From Sulfurimonadaceae bacterium (GTDB taxonomy: Bacteria; Campylobacterota; Campylobacteria; Campylobacterales; Sulfurimonadaceae), in the NCBI GenBank assembly GCA_041571435.1, contig JBFFUI010000008.1, positions 1 to 64,000 on the forward strand: 64,000 nucleotides of DNA. The letters run 5' to 3'. Shown here one piece after another: positions 18,878 through 27,996 of the stretch. The notes beneath the pieces were generated by a model. The model worked only from the letters and a program-made list of their open reading frames with translations. It did no database searches and was not told where the DNA came from. The translations under genes and the position numbers were made by a program. How positions within the stretch are numbered: the stretch's first letter is position 1; every line of letters starts with the position of its first letter.

Positions 18878-19987
18878 TTACATATCATCTGAAATACCCC
18901 AAAGCTCTCGTGCCTCTTCTTCTTCACATTGGCACTGATAACACATCTTTGCACCGGCCAATGAGGTAAACAGACGTCCACACTCATTGCAGTTCTTTAC
19001 ATCAAACGTGACAAGATTCTGGACTTGCGGCTCAAAAAACTCTTTTATATTATACGCGTTGGAACGTGTCAGAGCATCCGTTTCGCACACATCATGGCAG
19101 ACATGGCACTTAATGCATAAAAATGGATCGAAATCGATCTTTGAATTACGGACGTTCGAGGTCAACGCACCCGTCGGACAGACACGGTAACACATCTGAC
19201 ATGCCGTACACTTTTCCAAGTCAAAAAGTTTTTGTGACGTAAAACTCAGTTCTGTCGCATCAACCACGTGATAGGTCGACGGTTTCTCTGCACGTTTCAG
19301 AGCGGTAAAGAGCAGTTTACGTCTGTCCGGAATACCTTTCTGTTTTAACTGTGCGATCTTATCGTTTGTGATGGTATGTTCAACCAGCTCGTCGGTCGCT
19401 ATCTCAACCTCACGGTCAAACTTCTGTTTTGCCGTTGCCGCATTTTTGAGTGTAAAAGCTCTGAAAAAGTCACGTCGTTCGCCTTCAGGTACGTCAGTCA
19501 TCTCCTCAGGCGTATACGCTCTGTTTTCCAGTCTGACAGCAGCACTGCTCTCCATAGCCTCGAGCACATAATTCGCCTCTTCGGCTGTTGATTCGATCTG
19601 CCCTCTGCAGGTGTGGGCGATATCACAGTTCTCACAATGTCCCATATCAAATGTTACGCCATTTTTTAACGAAGCCAGTGCGATGACATGCTCAACATTC
19701 AAAACAGAGATACACGGAACATTTTTGCGGCATGAGATCAGCGACTCTTCGCTTGAAGCGAATTCGAAAAAGAACTCTGTCAAACTGAAGTCATCTAGCG
19801 TTAATGCTTCGGAGGGACAGACACCTGCACATCCGCCGCAAGCAACGCATTTAGAAAAGTTTATCGCTGGTAGCCCGTCATTTATAACAATAGCATTGGT
19901 CGGACAGATGCGCTCACATTTATCACACTCGCTGAACTTGGCGAGAGAACGGATACAGGCAGACGTATTAAGAGCGATCGCTGCCAT
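18878..19987 (-). CDS. Polyferredoxin (multiple 4Fe-4S) accessory protein, PsrE-like
   Basis: Four ferredoxin-type Cys motifs (e.g. CVACGGCAGVCP, CTACQMCYRVCP, CIKCHVCHDVC), extra central Cys residues and a C-terminal CxxC...CxxC. Confidence 0.85.
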   Translation of the reverse strand: MAAIALNTSACIRSLAKFSECDKCERICPTNAIVINDGLPAINFSKCVACGGCAGVCPSEALTLDDFSLTEFFFEFASSEESLISCRKNVPCISVLNVEHVIALASLKNGVTFDMGHCENCDIAHTCRGQIESTAEEANYVLEAMESSAAVRLENRAYTPEEMTDVPEGERRDFFRAFTLKNAATAKQKFDREVEIATDELVEHTITNDKIAQLKQKGIPDRRKLLFTALKRAEKPSTYHVVDATELSFTSQKLFDLEKCTACQMCYRVCPTGALTSNVRNSKIDFDPFLCIKCHVCHDVCETDALTRSNAYNIKEFFEPQVQNLVTFDVKNCNECGRLFTSLAGAKMCYQCQCEEEEARELWGISDDM

Positions 19988-20616
19988 TATTCCGTAGCGA
20001 GGCTTTCATTGATTAGTTCGTTGTCGGAAAGCATAAACTCAAGCGCCATCTCAGCAGCATCATAATAGAGCGGTGTACGCGCTTCATACTTCATATTGAT
20101 CAGGTAGAGTGGTGCCCACTGCAGGAGATGTTTGTTCAAGAACTCGCTTTGCGCTTGCAAAAGGTGTTCAACCGCATTGGTATCACCCTCTTCCATCGCT
20201 TTCATCTGCGCTTCGCACAGATGATGCATAAACTCAAGTTCAACACCGATGTGGTCACTTGAAACAACACGTGCGATCTCATAGTCGACGATAAAGTCGT
20301 AGGCGCTGTACATGTCTGTTACCGGGTTAGCCCCGCCTGTTTCGATCTTTTGGTCGTCACGCGTGTAAAATGTCTCATAAGGGACAAGGTGCAGGACTGA
20401 AAGGTTCACAAAGTCTGGATTCAAATGTTCGCCCAAGAGCGCACTGTTTTGAAGAGTACTTAGTGGTTCCCACTTCTTTAGGTTTGGAAAAAACTCTAAG
20501 ATCTGATCGTCATTTTTGATCGTCGTCAGCATCTCGTCATCGAGCTCTTGCATAAGTATTCTTGAAAGTAGTGCATATATATTACTGCGTGCTTGTGTCT
20601 GTTCCATGCGTATCAA
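19987..20616 (-). CDS. TorD/DmsD-family redox-enzyme maturation chaperone, PsrD-like
   Basis: PYETFY, DHIGVELEFM and FLNKHLLQW motifs. Alternative start at ATG 20607. Confidence 0.9.
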   Translation of the reverse strand: MIRMEQTQARSNIYALLSRILMQELDDEMLTTIKNDDQILEFFPNLKKWEPLSTLQNSALLGEHLNPDFVNLSVLHLVPYETFYTRDDQKIETGGANPVTDMYSAYDFIVDYEIARVVSSDHIGVELEFMHHLCEAQMKAMEEGDTNAVEHLLQAQSEFLNKHLLQWAPLYLINMKYEARTPLYYDAAEMALEFMLSDNELINESLATE

Positions 20617-20648
20617 TATTCCTGAAAAAAATTATGGGGGATTTTAAC

Positions 20649-20671
20649 CAAGTAGGCTGAAAGCCTACTTG
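20649..20671. other. Perfect intra-operon hairpin between the catalytic subunit and the chaperone genes
   Basis: CAAGTAGGCT-GAA-AGCCTACTTG. On the sense (minus) strand the U-run precedes the stem rather than following it. Confidence 0.7.
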
Positions 20672-20681
20672 AAAAAAGAAG

Positions 20682-23600
20682 TTAGTCTTTGATCTCAACC
20701 GCGTAGGCTTTCTCTGAAAGAGCAACCCAAGGACGCTTGATATGACGCGGACGACGCCATTTGTTCGCTGTATTAAGAGGACGAGTAAGCTCATCTCTCC
20801 ACGCCTGGTATGTTTTGAAGTTATTTTCATAGTTGACATAGATGTCACCGATGTTGTCACCCGGTTGAGCAGGTTCCAAAATAACTTTCTGGTGCCAACA
20901 GTGCATACCCGAGATCGGATCCGGGTGCGTCGGTGCCACAGCATTTTGCCATGAACCAGAAAGACCGTCCCACCAGATGTTGTCACTGTCTTTGTTATAG
21001 GCAGCAAAACGCTTAGTATGGAAAGGTTTAATGCCTTCTACATAACGCATAAGACCTTTTTTACCGTCCATGACCATCTCGGCAGTCGGAACACCGAAGC
21101 TGTTCATACCTGCAGTACCGTCGTAATCTTCGATCATGATCTCTTGACCGATGCGACCTGCAGCTGCAGGGCTGTCTGCCATAAACTTAGGATCGTTCAT
21201 GTTACGCGGTACCGGCTGACCGTCAACTTTACCGTCTGTTACACCGTTAGGAATCGTTACAGAGTTTTTAAGTTTCCAGCGTCCACCATGGTGTGAACAT
21301 GCCAGTGTACCAGGAAGAACACCTTCAGTCGGTACGGCCATCGCTACGAAGTAACCGCTTTCAAGACCTGAAACCGTGTCAACGATACGGACACGGATCG
21401 CATCACCACGCTTGAAGCCTTGACGCTTCGCATCCGGAGTTGAGATCCAGATCGGGTCATGGTTTTGCGAGATCTCCATAAGGTGCTTAGAGTTCGCAGA
21501 ACGCGTGTGAATGTTGTATGGAAGACGGAATACTGTGTTCAATGCATACGAGTTCTCTTCAGTCATATACATATGGTTAACGTGAGAGACAATGTGAACC
21601 ATCTCCTCTTTCTCTTTCTCGTTACGAGGGTAGAAAGGAATCGCATACTCCGGCCATTTCCACTCGTCAGATGCGAACCACTCTGAGAAGAAGTCAAGTT
21701 TTTTGTCAAGTGTCGCAAAACCTTCCATCTTAACACCGTCGATCTCGATACCAATAGGTTTTTTACCATCATCGTATTTCCATGCGTCGCTGCCATGTGC
21801 TTTTGTTGTCATGACACCCGTACGCTTATCGATCTCGACATGATGTTTATTATATTTGTGACCGTGTGCGATGTAGTTTTCACCATCTTCTTTGATCACA
21901 CGCTCTTGTGCCGAATAGATATTGTTCTCTTCCATCCATGCACCGTGATCTCTCATGTACTCGTATACTGGGTACTCAGAGTCTTTGTAACGCGGGTCTG
22001 AAGTCGCTGTAGACTTCAGGTTCGGCAAGTTGTCACCGAACGCAGCATCGTACCATTCAGAGATCGTAACCGGTTTGCCTGGGTTCTTTTTAGACTCCCA
22101 CATTTTCTTGATACCAAGAGAGCCATCCGGATCGATGTAGTTAACACCCATGTCGAACCAGAACTCATTCTCTTCCCAAACTTCACCAAGACCAGCTTTG
22201 ATGTGTGCTTCAAGTGTTGCACGGTTAGGGTTTTTAGGTTTCCAACCTGCTTTCTCAAGCGCAACACGCATAACCGGCTGACGGAATGATGTCCAACGTG
22301 CCGGCATCGTCGCTTCAGAGTGCTGATCGTGACGCTCGCCGGCAAGACCAACTGGAAGTACGTAATCAACATGCCAGTTTGTTTCAGACCATACAGGAGA
22401 AAGGTTAAAGGTAAGTTCCATTTTGGACTCGTCTTTAAGCACTTCCAACCAACGGAAGCCGTCTGGGTTGATCCATACCGGGTTGTACATACGTGGGATC
22501 CAGACAGCCAGTTTCTGTGGAACGTTGAGTCCTTTTTTGATCCATTTGTCCTGCCACTCAGTATCGGTTAGAAGGTGTGGCAGAAGGTATGACATCTCAT
22601 ACGTAGAGAGAGGCCATTCAGGCGGCCAAGAAAGTTCATTCCAGACATCGACTTTAGGAACGTTTGCACCGCCCTTACCTTGACCGACAGTCGCAGCACC
22701 ACCCTTACCGGCAACAGAAATAACGTGCCAGTGGTGGAAGAATGTACCACCTTTAGGACCGATCGCACCGCGTAGACCAAGTGCAAGGTAACCTGTACGA
22801 CCTGAGACCCAACCACCACGGTTACCCGCAGCTGTTGCACGCCAGAAGTATGACGCGATAGAGGTGTCAGCCCAGAGGAACATGTCGTATAGTTTCTCTA
22901 GTTTGTACGCCGGTACATGCGACTCTTTAACTGCATAGTCAAGTGTATATGGTGCATAAATCTCTTTTAGCATTTCCATGTACGACTCAAAACTGCCATC
23001 TTTCGGAAGTGCAGAGATATACCCTTTTTTAACCATGAAGTTCAGATAATCTTTGTTATCCATCATCACTTCCCAGTTAAACCACTTCTTGACAAATGCT
23101 TTATTGACCTTGTCTTCTTGAAGCATACGCTGTACAAGATAGAGGTAGATTGTCGGTTCTGTACCTGGCCATGCTGCGATCCAAAGGTCTGCCATACCGG
23201 CAGAGTTAGACATACGCGGATCCATAACAACAAGTTTTGCACCTTTTTTACGTGCGTCAGCAATGTGACCTGCAGCCTGCTGGAAGTAGTGACCCGCATC
23301 GGCTGCGTGTGACGAGTTAAGGAAAACAAGTTTCGCGTTTGCCCAGTCCGGAGACGTACGGTCATCATTTGCCCACTGGATAGTCGGCGTACGACCACCT
23401 GAAGAACAGATGTTAGTGTGCGAGTTGAATGCATCCGTGTTCAGTGTTTCCCAGAATTTTCCGGTGAAACCGTTCTCGTTCGGACGACCGACGTGGAACA
23501 TAACTGATTTTTTAGAAAGCTCATCCCCAACACGTAGAGTGTCACCCATCTTCTTACCGATGGTTGTCATCGCTTCATCCCAAGTCGTACGGATCCATTT

Positions 23601-24101
23601 ACCTTCACCGCGCTTAGAGCCCGGAGCACGTTTGATCGGGAATGCTAGACGATCCGGATCATACATTTGAGACTGTGTCGCATAACCTTTAGCACAGTTA
23701 CGGCCACGAGAACCCGGGTGAAGCGGGTTACCCATATATTTTTTAACGGTAAAGGTCTTCTTATCGATCCATGCTGTCAGACCACAAGAGGCCTCACAGT
23801 TTGAACAGGCTGTCGGAACGATCGCGAAATCGTTGACATAGATACCATCTGGGTTCTCTTCGCTCTGTACACCGTGACGGCCGATACCACCACGTTTCCA
23901 GTCTTGGCCATCAAGCTCTTTAAAGTCTTCCCACTGATCCAACGGCGGATAGAATGATAGTGAATCAGGCGTGTTCGTAAATTTGCTTTCACTGACTGAT
24001 TCTGCAATGGCGTCAGTTGTGAAAACGCCCTTTGCAATTGCAGCGCCGGCAACAGTAAATGCCGCGCCTTTTAAAAATGTTCTTCTACTTTCTAAATACA
24101 T
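20682..24101 (-). CDS. psrA: Tat-exported Mo/W-bisPGD oxidoreductase catalytic subunit, polysulfide/tetrathionate reductase clade (PsrA/TtrA-like)
   Basis: Twin-arginine signal SRRTFLK, FS0 motif CSNCEASC...C, candidate Cys ligand in SHTNICSSG, and a C-terminal molydop-binding domain. The substrate is inferred, not shown. Confidence 0.8.
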   Translation of the reverse strand: MYLESRRTFLKGAAFTVAGAAIAKGVFTTDAIAESVSESKFTNTPDSLSFYPPLDQWEDFKELDGQDWKRGGIGRHGVQSEENPDGIYVNDFAIVPTACSNCEASCGLTAWIDKKTFTVKKYMGNPLHPGSRGRNCAKGYATQSQMYDPDRLAFPIKRAPGSKRGEGKWIRTTWDEAMTTIGKKMGDTLRVGDELSKKSVMFHVGRPNENGFTGKFWETLNTDAFNSHTNICSSGGRTPTIQWANDDRTSPDWANAKLVFLNSSHAADAGHYFQQAAGHIADARKKGAKLVVMDPRMSNSAGMADLWIAAWPGTEPTIYLYLVQRMLQEDKVNKAFVKKWFNWEVMMDNKDYLNFMVKKGYISALPKDGSFESYMEMLKEIYAPYTLDYAVKESHVPAYKLEKLYDMFLWADTSIASYFWRATAAGNRGGWVSGRTGYLALGLRGAIGPKGGTFFHHWHVISVAGKGGAATVGQGKGGANVPKVDVWNELSWPPEWPLSTYEMSYLLPHLLTDTEWQDKWIKKGLNVPQKLAVWIPRMYNPVWINPDGFRWLEVLKDESKMELTFNLSPVWSETNWHVDYVLPVGLAGERHDQHSEATMPARWTSFRQPVMRVALEKAGWKPKNPNRATLEAHIKAGLGEVWEENEFWFDMGVNYIDPDGSLGIKKMWESKKNPGKPVTISEWYDAAFGDNLPNLKSTATSDPRYKDSEYPVYEYMRDHGAWMEENNIYSAQERVIKEDGENYIAHGHKYNKHHVEIDKRTGVMTTKAHGSDAWKYDDGKKPIGIEIDGVKMEGFATLDKKLDFFSEWFASDEWKWPEYAIPFYPRNEKEKEEMVHIVSHVNHMYMTEENSYALNTVFRLPYNIHTRSANSKHLMEISQNHDPIWISTPDAKRQGFKRGDAIRVRIVDTVSGLESGYFVAMAVPTEGVLPGTLACSHHGGRWKLKNSVTIPNGVTDGKVDGQPVPRNMNDPKFMADSPAAAGRIGQEIMIEDYDGTAGMNSFGVPTAEMVMDGKKGLMRYVEGIKPFHTKRFAAYNKDSDNIWWDGLSGSWQNAVAPTHPDPISGMHCWHQKVILEPAQPGDNIGDIYVNYENNFKTYQAWRDELTRPLNTANKWRRPRHIKRPWVALSEKAYAVEIKD

Positions 24102-24113
24102 TGATATCCTCTC

Positions 24114-25022
24114 TTAACTCATAGGTAGTAGTTGTGGAATCATCAACCATACATGTTTGACAATCCATAGACCAGCTAACGCAAGGATAGCTGCTAATTT
24201 AAGAATGTTTTGGTTTTTGTTGACAATACTTAAGACCACTAGTACAAATGGAATGATGTAAGCAGTAACTTGACCGATCCAGAACATTGCCTGATACTCA
24301 CCACCATGTTTGATGTACTCAAGTACAGCTGCAACCTCTTCAGCTTTCATCGGTCCGAAAACCAACTCCGCCATATACATAATGAATGCCGCAAGTGCAC
24401 TGAACCCGAGGATGATGCTCAGGTCACGTTTCGCTTCTGATGACAGCTTGTTCATGAACGTGTCCATCAAAAGAACCGTAGCTGAACCCGAAAGCGTCGC
24501 TGCAAGTACCATCTGGGCCGACTCTGTCGGCATCTGCCATAGTTCACGTGCCGTTGCCTGTGCCATAAGACCTGCCGTATAAAGTGTTACAGGAATTGCA
24601 AGTACAGTTACCCATAGCAGTGTCTTGTCAAAGGCTGCATCGTCTTTTTTGATGAACGAAAGATAGGCAAGCAGGAACAATAGAGCGACAAACGCCGTCG
24701 CCATCCAAGCACCCACCGTAATCGCCGATGTAACATGCGGATAGAAGAAAATGTGCCACATTCTAAACGGCTGATGAAGGTCCGCCAGAGTGAACAACAG
24801 GAACAGGTGAATAAATACAATTGATACGACTGTAATCGGGAAACGGTAGCCGGCTGATTCATTCGGGTACTTTTTCAACAGGTAGAACAGCATAAAGATA
24901 ACACCTGTACCAATACTTTTAGCCCACATATTCATCGTAACCAGCCAAGGCCATACAATACCAGGAAGACCAACGTCCAATGTCACAACTGCATTAGTTG
25001 CTGCGATAGTTTCGTGTACCAT
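24114..25022 (-). CDS. psrC: NrfD/PsrC-family membrane anchor (quinol-interacting)
   Basis: About 8 TM helices, DLHQPFR.W, S.IT.GAW and RELW motifs. Confidence 0.9.
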   Translation of the reverse strand: MVHETIAATNAVVTLDVGLPGIVWPWLVTMNMWAKSIGTGVIFMLFYLLKKYPNESAGYRFPITVVSIVFIHLFLLFTLADLHQPFRMWHIFFYPHVTSAITVGAWMATAFVALLFLLAYLSFIKKDDAAFDKTLLWVTVLAIPVTLYTAGLMAQATARELWQMPTESAQMVLAATLSGSATVLLMDTFMNKLSSEAKRDLSIILGFSALAAFIMYMAELVFGPMKAEEVAAVLEYIKHGGEYQAMFWIGQVTAYIIPFVLVVLSIVNKNQNILKLAAILALAGLWIVKHVWLMIPQLLPMS

Positions 25023-25660
25023 TAGTGACCTCCTAGCGGCATTTTTGAAGTAATCTTGTTAAACAACGAGTGTCCTTCTACCCTGTGTGACGCAAGTGGG
25101 TTCAATGTAACGTTTCCGCCACCGACATAGTAGTGGTGCGGGTTCGTACCTTTTTCAGGTTTACGAACCTGAACATCACCTTGGTGCTGCATGATATACT
25201 TGGAGATGTTTGAAGTAGGGTCTTCAATATCACCGAAGATATTCGCTTCGACCGGACATGCGACAACACATGCAGGCATCATCGAAGAGGCAATACGGTG
25301 TGCACAGTATGTACATTTGTCGGCCGTCTGTGTTTCCGGATCGATATAGATCGCGCCATATGGACAAGCCATAACACAACCCGCACAACCGATACAACGT
25401 TCTTTGTCAATATTGACAATACCGTTTTCGATATAGTGAAGTGCACTGACCGGACAAATACGTTCACACGGTGCATTTTCACAGTGGTTACAACGAAGTG
25501 GTGTAAATGTACGTTTCGTTTCCGGGAACGTACCTACATCAACATACTTAACACGAAGACGCCATGTAGAAAGAGGAACTTCATTCTCAACCTTACATGC
25601 GATCTCACATCCCTTACAACCCATACACAGGTGTAAGTCAACGAGGAAACCTAATTTCAT
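25022..25660 (-). CDS. psrB: Four-cluster Fe-S subunit (NrfC/PsrB/TtrB type), no Tat signal
   Basis: CMGCKGCEIAC, CNHCENAPCERICP, CIGCAGCVMACP, KCTYC...PACVVACP and GTNP; AAGGAG RBS. Confidence 0.9.
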   Translation of the reverse strand: MKLGFLVDLHLCMGCKGCEIACKVENEVPLSTWRLRVKYVDVGTFPETKRTFTPLRCNHCENAPCERICPVSALHYIENGIVNIDKERCIGCAGCVMACPYGAIYIDPETQTADKCTYCAHRIASSMMPACVVACPVEANIFGDIEDPTSNISKYIMQHQGDVQVRKPEKGTNPHHYYVGGGNVTLNPLASHRVEGHSLFNKITSKMPLGGH

Positions 25661-25692
25661 CCATTCTCCTTGAGCCAGATATTAAAAGTAAT

Positions 25693-25709
25693 AGCAATCA
25701 TTATGCCAA
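25693..25709 (-). promoter_or_regulatory. Sigma54 (RpoN) -24/-12 promoter for the psr-like operon
   Basis: The minus strand reads TTGGCATAATGATTGCT: exact GG-N10-GC spacing, close to YTGGCAC-N5-TTGCW. Predicted +1 near 25682, about 22 nt before the ATG. Confidence 0.7.
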
Positions 25710-25810
25710 CTAATGCACGTCAAAAGACATGCTTATAATTGGCACTATGGGGCTACACGCTACGTTGATACTACCTGACAAAAGGTTAACTGAAACTAAA
25801 AAATTAGTGA

Positions 25811-25828
25811 TGAATTGTAAAAAATTCA
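25811..25828. promoter_or_regulatory. Candidate upstream activating sequence (inverted repeat)
   Basis: TGAATT-N6-AATTCA, about 130-145 bp upstream of the predicted sigma54 start. Confidence 0.35.
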
Positions 25829-25963
25829 ATGACATGGGAAAAAAGGGAATAGTCAGTTTTGCACATATAACAGGGAATTGATTATAATATTTTATAAATT
25901 TGAACAACTGCGAGATACAGCTGATTTATATGAAGATGAGGGGGGGGTGATAAATGAAGGAGG

Positions 25964-26455
25964 CTACTCCTCCTCATCGCCCTCTTCTTCGATATAGTCG
26001 TCAGGATTTGCTAGACAGTCAAGACCGTCCGCATGTTTTTCAACGCCAGCACCGTATTCGTATGTCAGCTCGCCGCCATCTTTGCCTTGTTGCAATATCA
26101 TAGCTGATGCGCCTAACAGTAAGACAACTGCCAATGCCTCAAGCCAGAACTTCTTCATCTGGCAACCTGCAAAATTAACCACTGCGATGACACCCATCGC
26201 GATGGCAAGGTAAAGACCAAGTGTCTTATGTTCAACCAGCTCTTCTTGGCCTTCTGTACTCAAGAGAGGATAGACGTCCGGTCCAACCTGTGAACCGGTA
26301 TACCATGCCGCGATCACACCAAGTGCCGCTAAGACCAGAAAACGTGCAGAGATCTTTGACATCCCTTCACTGCGTGTGATCATATAGCTTAGACCAAGAA
26401 CGAGGGCCACTAGGGGAAGAACGATTGCAAAATGCGCTGCTGCTGGATGTAACAT
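25964..26455 (-). CDS. DUF2231-family membrane protein (putative heme-binding)
   Basis: LHPAAAHF.I.L start, four TM helices, conserved EH and GGEL.Y..G. Start at ATG 26455 after AGGAG. Confidence 0.8.
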   Translation of the reverse strand: MLHPAAAHFAIVLPLVALVLGLSYMITRSEGMSKISARFLVLAALGVIAAWYTGSQVGPDVYPLLSTEGQEELVEHKTLGLYLAIAMGVIAVVNFAGCQMKKFWLEALAVVLLLGASAMILQQGKDGGELTYEYGAGVEKHADGLDCLANPDDYIEEEGDEEE

Positions 26456-26554
26456 AGTACATACTCCTGTATTTGTATTTGAGAGTATCATACACAAAAC
26501 TTATAGCAATGTAAATAGAAATCGTTCAAAAGTAAAAGAGTTAGAAGATTTTGT

Positions 26555-26581
26555 AAAAAACAGTCGACGCGTTATCGACTG
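26555..26581 (-). terminator. Rho-independent terminator of hisD
   Basis: Minus strand CAGTCGA-TAACGCG-TCGACTG followed by TTTTTT. Confidence 0.75.
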
Positions 26582-26600
26582 CGTGGAAGAAGGAATTCGG

Positions 26601-27893
26601 CTATTTGTCCATTCTTACGCGGACCGACTGCTCGTGTGCCGTCAAGCCTTCCGTATTTGCGATCAAGGCGCATGCTTCACCGATCTCATTGATCGCGGCA
26701 TTGGAAAAGGCGATGATCGATGACTTTTTCATAAAGTTCTCAACACCGAGCGGCGAGTAGAACTTCGCAGTACCACCGGTCGGCAGGGTGTGGTTCGGAC
26801 CGGCCACATAGTCCCCTATCGCTTCCGGGGTGTTGTGCCCCAGGAAGATCGCACCGGCATGTTTGATGCTTGGCAGCAGTTCAAATGGGTTGTTCGTTGC
26901 CACTTCGAGGTGCTCCGGAGCGATCTCGTTCATCAGCGCTATCGCCTCTTCCATCGTTTCGGTGATGATGATAGCACCGCGCTCTTCGATCGACTTGCGT
27001 GCGATCTCCTGACGCGGCAGTTTCTGCAGCCATTTTTCGATCTCCATCTGAACCTCTTCGGCTATTTTCAGTGACGGTGTGATCAGGATTGATGAGGCCA
27101 TCTCATCATGCTCTGCCTGTGAAAGCAGATCGATCGCCATGTGGTTCGCGTTGGCACTTTCATCTGCCAGCACACCGATCTCGCTCGGTCCCGCGATCAT
27201 ATCGATATGTACTTCGCCGAAGACCATCTTTTTTGCCGTCGCGACAAAGATGTTACCCGGACCCGTGATGACGTCGACTTTAGGGATCGTCTCTGTGCCG
27301 TAGGCCATCGCCGCGATCGCTGACGCACCGCCGACCTTGTAGACATCACTGACACCGCAAAGGTGACATGCCGCCAGCAGAAGTTCGTTTGGCTCATTGT
27401 CCGGTGTCGGTGTACAGACGATGATCTTTTCGACACCCGCGACCTGCGCAGGAATGACGTTCATCAGCAGTGACGATGGGTATGCCGCTTTACCGCCCGG
27501 AATGTAAAGACCGGCACTGTCGACTGGCGTCACTTTTTGCCCAAGGATAGTACCGTTGGCCTCTGTATCAAACCATGACTTCGGCAGCTGCTTTTCATGG
27601 TAGGCTTTAATACGGTCATAGGCCAGGTGAAGTGCCGCTTTCAACTCGCCATCCAGCTCTTTATATGCCTTTTCCATAGAAGCCGTATCGATCTTGAGAT
27701 CAACATCTGTTGCCGGTGTCCAGTTGTCGAACTTGGCAATGTGCGTTTTGAGGGCACTGTTCTTGTCGGCTTTGATCTCATTGATAATACCGCCAACAAT
27801 ACCGGACACATGTTCGATGTCCATCTTGCCACGCTCCAGCAGTTCGCTGAAAAGTTCGTTAAAGTCTGCGTCACTTGTCTTTGTAAAAATCAT
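26601..27893 (-). CDS. hisD: Histidinol dehydrogenase
   Basis: YIPGG.A.YPSS, GPGNIFV, DMIAGPSEI, SQAEHD, APEHL and GPNHTLPT motifs. Confidence 0.98.
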   Translation of the reverse strand: MIFTKTSDADFNELFSELLERGKMDIEHVSGIVGGIINEIKADKNSALKTHIAKFDNWTPATDVDLKIDTASMEKAYKELDGELKAALHLAYDRIKAYHEKQLPKSWFDTEANGTILGQKVTPVDSAGLYIPGGKAAYPSSLLMNVIPAQVAGVEKIIVCTPTPDNEPNELLLAACHLCGVSDVYKVGGASAIAAMAYGTETIPKVDVITGPGNIFVATAKKMVFGEVHIDMIAGPSEIGVLADESANANHMAIDLLSQAEHDEMASSILITPSLKIAEEVQMEIEKWLQKLPRQEIARKSIEERGAIIITETMEEAIALMNEIAPEHLEVATNNPFELLPSIKHAGAIFLGHNTPEAIGDYVAGPNHTLPTGGTAKFYSPLGVENFMKKSSIIAFSNAAINEIGEACALIANTEGLTAHEQSVRVRMDK

Positions 27894-27996
27894 CTCATCG
27901 TCTCAATCGAGGATAGGTACCTCTTAAATTTAGCGCAATTATAGCAAAAATATCTGTCGCCCTCGTTATGTGCCGTTTGGCAGAGACCGACTTTGC

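Noticed and set aside
25710-25907. 65-aa minus-strand ORF upstream of psrB
   Set aside because: AT-rich promoter region with no RBS; it spans the candidate enhancer and abuts the sigma54 site.
25940-25947. G8 homopolymer as a phase-variation tract
   Set aside because: Intergenic, just after the DUF2231 stop and more than 200 bp from the predicted promoter; no frame or spacing it would obviously alter.
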